Of a DNA stretch of 64,000 nt, positions 1 through 13,501 are shown one piece after another. Location: contig JBITNC010000001.1 in NCBI GenBank assembly GCA_050084985.1, positions 199,206,001-199,270,000 on the forward strand, in the 5' to 3' direction. The notes beneath the pieces were generated by a model. That model was given only the letters and a program-made list of their open reading frames with translations, ran no database searches and had not been told where the DNA came from. Position numbers and translations under genes: made by a program. Origin of the DNA: Nageia nagi. Its lineage: Eukaryota; Plantae; Pinophyta. How positions within the stretch are numbered: the first letter of the stretch is position 1; each line of letters opens with the position of its first letter.

Positions 1-204
1 TTTGGGACATGACAAGGTTATCATATATGAAGAATTTTGCAAAAGAGTTCTTGATAGGTTTGAAAGAAAAGATGAAGAAGAATACTTTATGGCTACACTT
101 GACCAAGTCACCTCCGTGGGTAACTATGTTGAAGAGTTCTAAAGAATTTCAGTTATGGTCTTGGATGTGTCAAGCAAGAAGATAGCTTTCCTCTTTATGG
201 AAGG

Positions 205-1389
205 TGTGACGTCCCCCTTTGATTATTGTACTTAATTTTGGAATCCTCTTTGTACATATTTAATTATTTAATTTTCCTTTATTAGTTAGAACTTGGGATA
301 AAAGATATAAAGGTCCGTTGGACCCCACTATGAGCCCCTAGTGGGATGTCTCCCTCCCAAATGTAGTTTAGTATGATTTAATGTACTTGAAGATCCTGAA
401 ATATGATTGTAGGAATCCCAAGGCTTATTTAGCTCTTAGAGCATGGATAGTCACCTAATGGCCCCATTGTTGAGATTGGGAGCACTTGTACACATTTGCC
501 AACCTTGGGGAGACTCCTAGACCCCCACATTGGCCCATGATACCCATGCATGCCTCCTAGGTGCCCACGCATGCCCACTTAAGCCCATGTTGAGCTTGAG
601 GACCCATGTGGAGGATAAGGGAGGCCTAGATACCCACGTTGGGCCTGGAATGATTCCTAGGTGCCATCCTTGGGGTTTGAGGGGTTGGGTGATGACTTTG
701 AGGTGAGATCCAGACCATTGAGAGCTATATTAAACCTTGGAGCATCATTGCTGGATATACAGATTATTGATGATTACTCATACCGTCCAGTGGACAAAAG
801 CCTTGGCGCAGCGTTAAGCAACATCCGTAGGTGCAACATCTAGGAGGGTTAATAGGCTGAGGGATCCTATTGATCTACGGCTGTGGTGTAGCATCTTAGT
901 CCATCTAATGGCATTCCAAAGTCACATTCCTACCATTCAGTTGGTTGCCAAGGTTTGGAGAGAGCTCCTTCGATGGAGAGGATTCAAATTCTGAGGGAGT
1001 GAGGTTGTTCCATTCAATGTTCTGTCCGTCCAACATTAATCATATTCGTTGTGCCCTAGTTGGCTCCTTTGAGGCTAACGTTGAGCCCTATGAGCTTGGT
1101 ATTGTATCATTGTTCATTATACATCTTTAATACAACTTTTGGGCATTGAGATCCCATATTACATTGTGCACTTGTTCATTATTGCAATGTTGTGGTGTGT
1201 TTGCCATTCATGCATGTTGTAGCCAGACGTTCGCATTATTGTGTTGTGTAGACTTGTATTTGGTGCCCTAACCCTAAAGTTGGCATATTGAGGTGCTTGA
1301 TGCTTGTAATTGCCTTTCTAGGCCAAACGTTGGTGCATACTTGTGTGTTTTGGTTTAATTGCACTTGAATTCGTGATTGGGATTCTATA
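205..1389 (+). mobile_element. Solo LTR, family A
   Basis: Starts TGTGAC and ends ...ttctaTA (decayed CA). TSD GAAGG at 200-204 and 1390-1394. Homologous to the LTRs at 32478-33681 and 36886-38088. Confidence 0.92.
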
Positions 1390-3371
1390 GAAGGACTTAA
1401 AGAACCATTGAAGGATTTGGTCAAAGCTTTCGACAAGATGCAATTAAGAGGGCTCTTACTCTTGAAGAGTCTACTCTACCAAGGACCAAGCACGTTACAC
1501 CATACCATAGACCAAGCATGGGAGAACCATTCAAGAAGGATGCTTCACCACCAAGAAGAGACTCATCAAGTGGGAAGGCCACTCTTGCTCCTCCCATTAC
1601 ATACACAAGAAGAACCAAGGATGAGAGGAATGAAAGAAACAAACTAAGGAGGAAGAATTTATGCTTTAATTGCAAGCAACCTTGGACATTAGGTTACCGT
1701 TGCCTTGGCAAAGGGGCAATACATTAGATTGAGGTCTTATCTGAAGGAGAGTCATTCTATGAAGAAGATGAAGCTAATGATGAGTATGATGAGGAGTCAT
1801 CATATAGAACCATGAACATCTAAGGACCAAAGCATACTCCACCAATGACCTCAAGAGGAGGAACACTAGATACATTGAGTGGTATGAATCAATACTTCAC
1901 TACGAAGGTTCCCAAAGAAGTTTTGGTAGAGAAGGTTCTAGTTTTGATAGATGGAGGTGCAACCAATAACTTTGTCAATGAGAAGCTAGCCACTGCCAAG
2001 AAGATGAAGATTGAACCTATTGGTATGTTTTTCTTTCCTAGTCCAAAACATGCACAAGATTTGGAGGAAACAACGTTACTTGTTTCCGCCTGAAAGGACT
2101 GGTTACCCCAAGCGCTCACATGGAATATGGTCTTTAAGAAACAGTAGTCAAAGATGCATATTGTTAATTGTATACAAGGGAAATACGACGTTGAAGTTCT
2201 TCTCCACAATGAGGAAAGACTACAAATGTGAACGAAAGCGAAGAAAGATCACAAATGTATGGACAAACACAGGGATACATGCAAAGGAATACTTGGAAAG
2301 ATGAACTTATGAAGGCATTACTAGTGGTGTAGTGTTTCGGTAGGTCATCTTCAGATTCATTAAGGTCAATGTACTCACTATCAAGCCGGGCAACAAATAG
2401 CAATATGCACTCAAATCACTACCAAACGAGAGCAAGAAGCTGTTGGGTCTTGGTGGAAGACTTAGTGGGAAGGAATAAATGAGGTGAGGGCATGGGCACA
2501 AGGACCTAATTGAATGGTATAAAGACAAGCTATGAGCCTCAGAATACATCCACTTATGTGCAAATCATGTAAAGAACAACTCAAACCACTTCCATGAATA
2601 TTCAATATGTAACTCCAAGAGGAAAGTCATTCAAATATGCATGATCCCACAAATGATATTCTTCACAGTATTAACTTTATAATCTCATTCCACAAAAGAA
2701 ATAAATTCATAATGATATTCAATGATAAACATGCATAGAACCCCTTATGCAGCAAACCTCTATGCAATGGAATGTAAAAGCTTTAGGATGCAACAAACTC
2801 AAAATCTTGCACATGTAAAGGCTTGAAACCAGCATCTCAAAATGCAAGATTGTCAATATGTAATACTTCTATTAAATGCAGAGTCTCACATGTGCAAATA
2901 TGCGTAAAATTCTCAATATCATTTAGTATTTCAAATGCAAAAATCCCCTTCTAAATGGCCACGATGGAGTATAAATAGGCCACTAGAAGTGTTTCCCTAA
3001 AGGCATCAAATCTAATATGGTGTGCACACATGCAACACACATACTGATACAAAATCAGATTGTTCTCCTGAATCGATGCAAGTGGCACTTAAAAGTGTAA
3101 CAAAATATAAATGCCACCACTAAAATGCATTTAATCTACCTCTAAACTACTCAAAGCCAAACTAGATATGCAACAAAAGGGTTTGACATCTGAACTGGCG
3201 GGAGCAAAACCTCATCCCTGCACTAGTTAGAGTCATAAATGAGTCTGATAGATTTGACCTAGCGGGAGCAAAAACTCATCCCTTCACCAATCAAATCAAG
3301 TAAATAAAGTTTGACATAACAACCACCATCAAATATGCATCAAACAAAAAGAACAAATATCACAGGCGGAA

Positions 3372-4568
3372 TGTGACGTCCCATTTGGATCATTGAGAAA
3401 ATATGTCATGGTCACTTTGTAATCTAGTGTTTGCTTATGATCATGTTGTGCTTGTGTAACTCAAGCAGGAGCTTATGGTTTGTGGACCCCACTGTGAGCC
3501 AGTAATGGGACGACTCCCCTTGAGTAGTGTTGAGTTAATTGTAATGGGTTATCCCGAATTGTGGGAATCCCTAGATAGGCATGAGTCTTGTTTAGTCCAG
3601 AGTGGAGCATATAGCGTTGGGAGGGCCCCACATACCCCACGTTGGCTTATGAGGCTACTTGGACCCCCACGTCAGCTTAAGAGGCTCATCCCCAGGTCAG
3701 CCTTGATGGCCTTTATGACCCCCATGTTGGCATATTGGGCTTATGGGACCCCCATGTTAGCATATTGGGCCAATATGACCCCCACGTTGGCATGGTTGAC
3801 CTGTTGACCCCAACGTTGGAATAGACTTGGCTTGGGATGATAATAAGGCATGATGGATACGAAAGGCTATATATTGAGGATGGAGCTCCATGATGAGATT
3901 AGCTATTGATTATACTTCTTCCATACTCAACCCGATTGGGCATTCAAGTCTTGGTAGTGCTAAGCATTATTCCTAGACGATGTCTGGAGGGGTGATAGGG
4001 TTGGGAGCTTGGCATTCTACGACTTAGGTGGGTCACCTAGTCCATTTGATGGTATTTCGAGGGCAAGCTTCTACCTTCAATGGTTGCTAGGGTTCGAGGA
4101 GGCTCCTTTGCAGGAGAAGATTCAGAGTTTGAGGGAGTGAGTCTTTCCTGTGGTGTTCGGCTTGCAAAGGGTTTGGAACCCTAGATCTGAGTGTTGAGAT
4201 CCTCATTGTATTCCATTCCATATCATAATAATATACAGCTTGTGTCTCTCTCCATTGTGTTGTGCATTGTTTATGTATGTGTTGTGTCTCTTGTATATTG
4301 GTGTTGGAAGCTTCATTGCATTCGTGGGTATTCAAGCATTGCATATTCACCTGTGAAGCATTCGTTGAGGTGCCAATTGTTGGTGTGTTCCTTAGAGGGC
4401 TAACGTCAGGGTATAAGGGTTGCGTGAAAGCCTTAGGAGGCTCACGTCTACATTGTAGGGAGTTTGGGTGCCCCAGGGGCCTAATGTGGGTGTGTCTGCA
4501 TCATTCATTAAGGGTTTGAGTATCATAATTGGAATTGTTTTTGTTGAGGGTGATTTTAGGTCATCACA
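3372..4568 (+). mobile_element. Solo LTR related to family A, nested in B1
   Basis: TGTGAC...ATCACA with TSD CGGAA/CAGAA (one mismatch, CpG-type). Absent from the equivalent site in B2. Contains 30-bp tandem repeats at ~3715-3810. Confidence 0.85.
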
Positions 4569-4569
4569 C

Positions 4570-7500
4570 AGAATCTGTGAGTGGATCAGACCTAAGCCAG
4601 ATTTGATTCGATACTGGCGGAGTTCCACTCCTTGTTGGTGAGACCGTACGACTCAGTGGTCTCCTCCAAGAATGCCACAGTCTTCCGTACGCCCTTGAAA
4701 TCATTTTAACGGTGCTACCATTCTGCGGAAAGTAGTCCTCTATCTTCCTAGACGTAGCCTGCATCTTGTGTCTCTAGATGACCATCTGCCTTTCTTGGAC
4801 GATAGGATGCCCTACCTTCAGCAAGTTGAGATCATCGATGTCTAGATGCTCCTATATCAGGTTCTGAGCCTCTACCAATATCGCCTCTTTTTACATTGTT
4901 ATCCTCCCCTTGGAACTTGAGCTAATAGGCATAGTTGCTCATCTATTCCTCAACCTCCTTTCTCAAGGGGATTCTAAGCTTCAGGATTGTGTTGCACTTC
5001 TCGAGTGCATGATTCAGCCAATCATGGTGGTAAGTGAACTCGTGGCAGTAGAATAATTTTTCAGGATTGTCAGCGTAGACATGCTGCAGATGGGAGACAT
5101 TGGGGAGATAGCTATTCAATGTACTAAGGTGTGCTAAGATTTGTGCCTTAAGGTCCCTAATTTCCACACCTTCAACAAGGAGCTTATAGATTTGAGAAGA
5201 CAACCTCTCGATAGCCTCCATCATTTCTTTTTGTAACTACTCCTTCATCAATTCCCATCCCTCATGGAAGGAAGTCTGCTTCATCAAATCTATGGGGGTG
5301 GTATTGACCTTCATGAATTTGTTGATGATCTTCTTGTTAGCCGTGAGTTCCTTTTTCAGCCTCTTCACATCCTTTTTGGCTTCGTAGCCTTCCTACTCCA
5401 TGATTGCAGCGTTTTGAGTGACTATATGTTTATGGGCTGTCCATCTTAACTTTACGAGCATCTTAAATGTCTTGATGGTACAGTCTTCTGCTCTCTGAGG
5501 ATGTTTCTTCTTTGAATAACAATGGCTGATGGAGATTTCCTTTTGGGAGGTGGAGACAATTGTATCAACCCTTTGAATCTTTTCACCATCCGAAAGCTCC
5601 TCTTCCTCATCTTCAAAGCTCAGATTTTGGTCTATATCTTCATCATGAGCTGTGCTCATGCTAAGGGCTCTAAGGAAGGCATCCAAGTCAAAATCTAGAT
5701 GCTTGGTTGCTGGTTGGGGAGGAAGCCTTTGTACCAACAATCGTCCTTTATTGATCTTCTTGGCTTCTTGTATCGGAGTATTTTGAACAAAGGGTGATCT
5801 TCTTACTCTGGTTCTCTTCCTGTCTTCTCTTCTTTTTTTATTCTTCGATTTCTCCTTCATCCTCTTCATCTCCTCCATCACCATCTATAGATATGCCTTT
5901 GTTCCTAGGTTGGGGGGACCTTTCATGGCTCGTTCTCTTTGTAGAGGATTTCTACAAATAAGAAGAGGACCTTTTCCTATGCTCGGTAGGAGAGGGTATG
6001 GAGACACCCATCCCTCTGGCATACGTTACTTCGGTGACTTGGACCTCGTCATCATCATAGCTCCCAATGTCCACAATCTCATCATCTTCATGGAGATTCT
6101 TGATCTCTATCTCATTAGGTGCAGAGGCACCTACGATTACGTCTTCTTGCTCAGGGACAACGATAGCATCATCATCTTCCTCTTCTTCTTCTCTTCCACA
6201 CGACTCTTTGACTCTTCTCCGGAGTCTTCCGTTGTACGATTGGGCTCTTCATCAGTCTCTACGTCGAAAGAGGAAGTGGAGCGTTCGGAACTGAAACTAG
6301 AACTTGGTTGCGACGGGGGGAATTTCTCTCTGCATCCAGAAGAGCGAGTCTGGAAGGGATCGCTTATGTGGGTGAATCACTAGCACAAGTCTCATTCACT
6401 ACATCATCCAGCACATCCGAGGGGATAATGCAATAGCCAGCATCCTTGAAATCAGCCATTAGTACACTACACTTGCTAGGGCCTAGAATGTGCTCCCTCG
6501 GAGCCTCTTGCCTTTTTCCAGTGGGAAGCAAGGGTGCCTTAACTGGCGGAGGTGCAACACGTACAAGAGGAGGGGATGACCTGATCCTAAGAGGGACCTC
6601 TTTAGATCTAGATTTAGTAGTTCGGGGTTTCTGAGGTGGTTTTCCTTCTTGGAGGGAAGCCTTTTTCCTGCTCAAGAGAGCATCTACGTTTGCAATCTCC
6701 TTCTTATCTTGCACGTTTTGGTACTTCTCCACACCCCCCAAAGACTTATGCTGAAAAGCAATAGGTTTGTGGAATGCAATGCTGTAGAAATGTGCAATAT
6801 TGCCTCTAGGATCATAGTTTTGTACCATTGCCTCCTTGGAGAAAACATACTGCTATAGCTCCTTCTTCATTCTGGTTGCTTCAACCCATGTCTGACACAC
6901 ATACCTTGCAATTGAGATAGGCATGTTAATGGACGCATTCTTCTTCTTCCAAACTTTCTCTTTCAAGAACAAAAGTTGCCTGGTAAATTCCATGAGGATA
7001 AGCCTATCACTAGCATATCTTGGTAGGAGTAAGGGTCGCTTTTTCGAGCCATAGACTTTGATGAATGTATGGTCACATCTTGCAGAAAGAAATCTGCATG
7101 TACACTGATGGCTTGGATGACTGCATCAGAAATCCTCTTCACCATGGACTTCCCTTTGATATCTTTATAGATATCATACTCCCAGTGATCATTCCTCTCA
7201 CAAAAATGCTGGAACTTGTTCTGGTACCACCACTTTGGATAAGCCCGCCACACGGGGGTGCCTTTTAGACCCAAATACCTTTTATCAACCAGCTCCTTGG
7301 ATCTAACCTTGCCATGCAATAACAAGTATACAAGATAGGAATTCATGTAGAATCTCCTTGAGGAGCCAAAGTAAGCTAACTGGTGGCATAGGGAATCATT
7401 GATCACCCCACTTCATCGGATAGCTCTCCCCGAACTAATGACTGCAATGAAGCTGTAAACGCCTTCCTACACTTAGCATCAATTTCCTGACCAGTGATCT

Positions 7501-8125
7501 TGGACAAAAGAGTGATCAATTTGGCTACGACAGGTAAGAACTCTTCTCTGCGAACATTGATCAAACCTCTGCCCTTGAAGATTTTGGTAATCTTCTAGTA
7601 ACCATGGCCGAATGTAGTCCCCAGGCTAGGTCGTGGAATCATGGAACTCTTCAAAATATGCCAATGTGTAGTCGTCCCCATATCTTTTCCAGCCAAAGGT
7701 TGCTTCAATTCCAGCAGGGGGGAAGTCCATAATTACATTTCCCTTTGTGTCCTATAGGACTCTTGTCGTTTTCACATCTACTGGCTACCTCATAGCACAA
7801 ATTAGGAAAAGGTACTACAAAAGGCATCATAGTGGCATTGAACAATCCACAGGTGTGGATAAGCTCCTCTGATAAGTCCTCCTTGTTGATGGAGGCAATG
7901 GAGGCTAAATTCTGGATGGGATCCAACTTTCCCTAGTCCGTATCACCAACAAAGATATATCTTCCCTTAAATTTGGCTTCAAGGAGCTCTGGTCTTTCTC
8001 TCTTGAAACTCAATCAGGCTCTCTTTCAAAAGTTAGGCCATCTTGTTCTTAGTTACATGTCTCTCGAATAATTGCCCTTGAATTTTCCTGGCTCTTGATG
8101 GAGGTGGTCTGATATTTGAAGCCAT
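4570..8125 (-). pseudogene. Degenerate ~1,170-codon ORF of unit B1 (unknown TE accessory protein)
   Basis: ORF fragments MASNIRPPP..., MDPIQNLAS..., RRFYMNSYLVYLLLHG..., an acidic/basic middle and a coiled-coil-like C-terminus. All fragments align with the B2 copy; broken by stops and frameshifts. Confidence 0.8.
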
Positions 8126-8244
8126 GTAAGAATGTTTGGAATGCCCCCAAAAGAACCTAAGGACGATTCTGGATGCAACAAGAAAGAACCAAACATGCAG
8201 GTCTGGGCTATAGGACGTCCAATGCATTGGATAAAAGTTGCCTT

Positions 8245-9230
8245 CCTTTTATATGAGATGCATGGAAGGTGAATGTATGGCAAAGTGCATGCCTGCCACT
8301 TGTCTTCTTCTCCTCTCAACTCCTAGCATCTCACACTTGGCCAATTTCATCTTGTAACCTTGTATGCACAGTTTTGGATGAGTGCTTGAGCATTGCCTGA
8401 AAATCATGCGACTGGGCCTTGGGTCAGTCAAATTTCGGGGTATAATTCACCTCACACTTGGGCGCATGGATCTGGGTGAGTGAAAAAACATGCACTGCAA
8501 AGCATGCGCCTCAAGCTCGGGGCTTAATTGTAATGCCTTAGCCAAAAATGGCTATCTGGATGCACAACGACCCTCTAGACTCCTTATTTCTCCCTTGCAC
8601 ATTGTTTTGAGTGAGTGCAAAAGCATGTGCTAGAAATGGTGCTACTGGGAGTAAGGTGAAAATCTGAGATGAAGTGGTAAAAATGACTAAGGGGTGGCTT
8701 GATATTTATAACCTTCCATGTTGCCACGTGTCACCTCTGGGTTGGTCAAATTAGGGGTCAAATGGTACAGCTAACATAAGGGGTGCATGGTTTAGGACGT
8801 GTGCAAAAGCATGTGTCAAAAAGCATGCGACTAGGATCTGGAAACTTAGTCAAATTTCGGGTCATGATGGGGCTCAATTCCTGGTTGCATCGTTTAGAAG
8901 GGGTGCAAAAGCATGCACCTTAAACCTTGTGCCTGGCCCTTTCTCTTAAATTTCAAACACTTAGCCAATTTCAATCCCGGGCCAAAACATCTAGGAGTGG
9001 GCGCATGACTTGGGAGGAGTGCTTTTTCATGTACAAAAAATGATGCGACTGGGGTCCAACACACCTCCCGAGACCAAAAATTTCAAAAATAGGCAAAAAT
9101 GACAAAAAATGCAAATCTAACATAGTTTGCATGTTTTGGAAGACATGCTTTTTCTCCCTTAGCTCCAAGTAATGTTCTAGACAATTTTGCAAACAGAATG
9201 ACTGAGGCTCACTTTTCTTTTATAGCCTTC
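8245..9230 (-). promoter_or_regulatory. Three TATA-containing promoter-like modules upstream of the B1 ORF
   Basis: TATAAAAGG (8245-8253), TATAAATA (~8703-8710) and TATAAAAG (~9217-9224) on the minus strand. GACACGTGGC G-box/ABRE at 8723-8732 lies just upstream of the second. The two distal TATAs are also present in B2 (15339, 15731). Confidence 0.5.
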
Positions 9231-12200
9231 TCGGATAGGACAAGTGTTGTCATATGATTGGTGCAAGAGGGTGGCGAATGCATGTGTTAACACTTGTCAA
9301 CAATCCGGGCCGAACACTTGAAAACATGTGACTAGCCTTGATTGTCTCAAAAATGGCTAAGTACAAGTCTCCTCTTCCCTGGTCGCATGGTTTGAGTTGG
9401 GTGCAAAAGTACTCACTTGAAAACATGCGATTGGCTTTTTCCAGAAAAATGCTAAATATGAGAGCCTCAAGTTTGGTCACACCATTTTGGGTGGGTGCAA
9501 AAGCACACACTTGAAAACATGCGACTAGCTGAAAACACATTTTTGCCTTGAACTCTGACCATAATGACTTCAAACATGAAATGCAATGAGGGAGAGATGA
9601 ACTTTTGCAGCATGGGGGACCTTGAAAGTGTAATTTTAAGACTAAAGAATGCAGGTAATGAGTATGAAAATGCAGCATGAGGTTGGTTGCACCGTGTAGG
9701 GGATGTGCAGAAGCATGTCCCTCAAAACATGCGATTGAGGAAAAATGCATGTTTCTGACTTGATTTGACCATGAATGTGCAGGTTTAACATGTTTCCAAA
9801 AGCTAGACCAAATGCATATAGATGTTTACTTCCATGCATTATTCTTTTATTTTCGAGGGTCCTCAAAAATGCAAAATTTTGGGGGATGTTGTGCAGGCAC
9901 AACAGAACCATTTCCGGATTTTCATGTGATAGTTGGAAATGGGAACATCACACCTTGTAAGAAATATGTGCCCAAGATGAAGGTTAGTTTAAAAGACTAA
10001 ATTATTGAAGATGACTTCTTCATCTTCCCTTTGGGAGACTCACCTCATTTTGTTTTTGGAGTACAATGGTTGGTATCCTTAGGAGACTACACCACCAACT
10101 ACTCAACCTTGCAATTCAAGTTCAAGAGTGAAGGCTGTGAAATCACACTTCAAGATATCAAAGAGGACAAGAACCAAAATGCTTCAATCAAGAGATTGGA
10201 GGCAACCACATCAAGTGCAAAGGATAGAACCACCTCAAGCATGGGACCGCAAGAAGATAGAAGAAGACCTTTGGAACAAAGATGGACTTTGACACCCAAA
10301 GGCATTCAAGAAGAAGGTACACATGTAGCTCCCTTCACTTTTTGTTCATCTCCCCATTCTCCAATTTTTGAAAATAAAATTAGTCCCTCATTTGGTCTAG
10401 AAATGCTAAAGCTCCACCAAACATTCTCTATGAAACCTAGGATGTCCACTAGGCCTCACATATATGGAAAAAGATTAGCCGCAAGAGACATCCCTCATTT
10501 ACCCATCAAGAGAATAAAAAAAGACCTTAGAGAGCTCATCAAACCATTGATTAGACCCATCAAATACCCTACTCTCAAATTAGAAGGGCACCTTATGGGA
10601 GATTCCATTCTTATCCTAGACTCCTAGTAGACAATGGAGCTACCAATAACTTCTTTAATGAAGCCTTGGTCCTTAGAGCAAATATGAAAAGAGTTGAAAC
10701 TCAAGAATTTGGTATCACCAATGCTAGGGATTACCAAACCATATGCAAATACATGGTTAGGGATCTTAAGTTGACCATTGGAGACCACACCATCATAAAA
10801 GACTTCTACATTTACCCCATGGGTGGCTCACCTTATATTTTTTAGGAGTCCAATGGTTATACCAATTAGGAGATGTCACCTTCAACTATCGAAAATTGGA
10901 AATGAGCTTCTTCGAACAAGGAGAGAAGCTCACATTGAAAGGCATCCATCCTATACACCCATTGATGGCTTTGAATAGTTTGGAAAGCATCTATGAAGAT
11001 CTCCCAAGAGAGAGCTTTCCCATTAGCCATCACACTTTTTCAAGCAAATCTAACAATGGTAAACTAAGTTTTAAGAGAGGGCAGCCTTGGTTAGAGAAGG
11101 GCAAAAATATGACTACATCATTTGAGCCTCCACCCACATTTGGCAACCAACAAGCAAGAATCTTATGGGTGATAAAGGTAGCATCGGCAACAACATTACA
11201 AGGCAGCCTTTGTTTGCAAAAATGTGTCATTTTATCTACATTGGTTTGGACAACAATCATCTCAGTTTGGATAGAGTCCATGGACAGCCTTGGATTGTAA
11301 GAAACATTCCTAGCTCTTGCAATACATGGAGGCACCATACAATTGGTTTTTATGGCAGGACATGGAGCATGTTTTCATCCCTTGAATATATACTCAGTTT
11401 GGGATAAATAAAGTTGAAAAACATTGGCAAAAAAACACTTCAATCCAGAACAAAAAGGAACAACAATATACCTACCAATTGCAATCATGATTGCATCAGG
11501 GAAGAGGGACAAAAACCATCTCAAAGGGGAAGGAACAGGCAAGACATCATTTCTGATTTTTATGACAGTCTTGTGAAAGGTAAAGAGCACATGTTGAAGA
11601 TTGAACTCAGCCATTTTTCCCCTCTCAAAGAAGTATTACATATGAAAGTAAGAGAGTCTTTGAAGATCCACGCATATCCACTTCTTGGACAGCTAGACAT
11701 GAGGTATATCAGTCCATATCACATCAACATTCTTGATTCCATTTCATTCCTTTGGTTAACCATCATGAAGGGTGATATACAAGCACTCTTTGAGTTTCAT
11801 ATGACACCTTCCGTTGGGATACTTGAAGGTATGATCTACACCTTGCTTGACAAAGTTTATGATGCAAATAAGAAAAGAAATCAGTCCTTGTTACTTCAGC
11901 CTATGATATTGCCAATGACAGCATGTATGAATCTTGATGTTGCCAAAAAGAGATGAGCTTACTATCATCCCTCTATGACCTTGGCATAAACAAGTACAAT
12001 TCAGTTTTGAAGATTGATATTGGTTAGGAAGACACAGTTTGTGGACTCAAATATCAGTCCACTATTGATTGATTTGTACCTTGTTTTGGTTGGGAACAGG
12101 CCCACCAAGTTCAGCACACTTGGCACAAAGGACATAGCAACAAGATCAAATGAAGAAGATACACTTGGCAAGCATTTGAACAACATCCTCACCTCATCAG

Positions 12201-12522
12201 CTATGATTTCTCACAATTTTGGAGCAGCAAAGCTTTGTGATCATAGTTGGTACATGACACCATATTGGAGGATGAAAAGACATGCATCATCAACAACATT
12301 TCTTGCTTTTACACTTTGGGACAACCATCATCATGATTTCATCCTTTTAACATCATCAAAGGACTACTTCAAGAGTTGCTTGGACAGATTGTTGGCACAT
12401 ATGAAGAAGCATTATGAAGTTAAGCATCACTTGGCATACTTGAAGACAAGGCAAGAAGATAAGCATCATTTTGGGATACATTTGGAATTGCTTGAGGGCA
12501 AGCAATTTGAGGAGGGTGGACT

Positions 12523-13501
12523 TGTAATGTCTTGGATTTGGGAAATTTAAACATCTCCCCTCATACCTATTCATTGTGATCTCTAGCACTTAGCTTAGGA
12601 GTATTTTATTATCATTTTATTTATATTTGTGCCTAAAAGGAATGCGCCCAAGTAGAGGGCATATTTGGTGTTTACTAAGGAAAGAAAAAGGGCCATTTAA
12701 TGTAATAAATCTCCCCTCACCAAGTCGACCATGTTTGGGGGACTTTAAGTGCATTTAATATTTTATTATTATTACCTCCTTGGTCGGCCATCCTGGGAAG
12801 ATATAATTGCATTTTTTAAGGACTATAAAGGCAAGTCATTTGGTCACTTGAAGACATCATCTTGTGCATTCGATCTTTGATCATCCAAAGCTTAGGGATG
12901 TTTCCCTTCTCTACCTTCTAGGGATTAGGGCTGCTCCCTAACCAAGAAGTGACTCATCTACACTTCTACATCTCTTGGAGAGCTTGCACCTATCATTCTT
13001 GCCACTTGGAAGCTTGGACCAGCCATTGGAAGACATCTTGAGACTTGCGCCTAGCTTTGGAGCCTTCTTGGGACATGCGCCAGTCTTGAGGAGTCTAGTT
13101 TGAGTATTTCGGAGTCTTGGGCTTTGCCTTAGAACTTGTTACAGTCCTATACATATTCTTGGTTCATTATTGATGATATTGGCTCTCATATTGCATCTTG
13201 AATGTGAATGAATGTTCCTACATATTTCTACTATGCATCTATCTTTTTTGTGGCATGGGAATGTATGTGAATTGAGTACTTTGCAGCTATATTTCTGTTA
13301 TGTAACAGATCTGATTTGTACCCTAGTTTTGATCAGGTTTGCATGTTATATAGGCTTTATATCAGATTTAGCTACTGCTGTTATATTCCAGTTTGAGTGC
13401 ATGTTTTGGATGGTTTATTAGCATGTTCATTGATGCCCTAATTCGTGAATAAGGGTTGAATTGAATGCTAAATTGGATAAACCCTAGAAAGGTAGATTAC
13501 A
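12523..13501 (+). mobile_element. 3' LTR of H1
   Basis: TGTAATG directly after the PPT, ends GATTACA. Similar to 21097-22092 and 43949-44200. Confidence 0.85.

Larger units (their letters stand above)
2018..9904 (-). mobile_element. Unit B1: ~6.7-kb TG...CA element (giant solo-LTR-like) carrying a long degenerate ORF, with a nested solo LTR
   Basis: TSD GAACC at 2013-2017 and 9905-9909; splits the H1 protease. Termini TATTGG (decayed TGTTGG) and GCACAACA. Colinear reverse complement of 14415-21054. Confidence 0.9.
1..13501 (+). mobile_element. Non-autonomous Ty3/gypsy element H1 (5' end outside the window): degenerate gag, two protease domains, no RT/RH/INT, PPT, 3' LTR
   Basis: Gag continues across the solo LTR (FLFMEG|EGLKEPLKDLVKAF); knuckle-like CFNCKQPWTLGYRC at ~1661-1702. 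Protease LIDGGATNNF (~1945) resumes at 9910 with GVQWL; second protease at ~10570-10950. Ends LEGKQF, PPT gaggagggtgg at ~12509, then the LTR. Confidence 0.8.

Noticed and set aside
661-1130. Recurrent short ORFs (MPRFGESSFDGED...) in family A LTRs
   Set aside because: They recur only because the LTR is repeated; start and stop positions and frames differ between copies.
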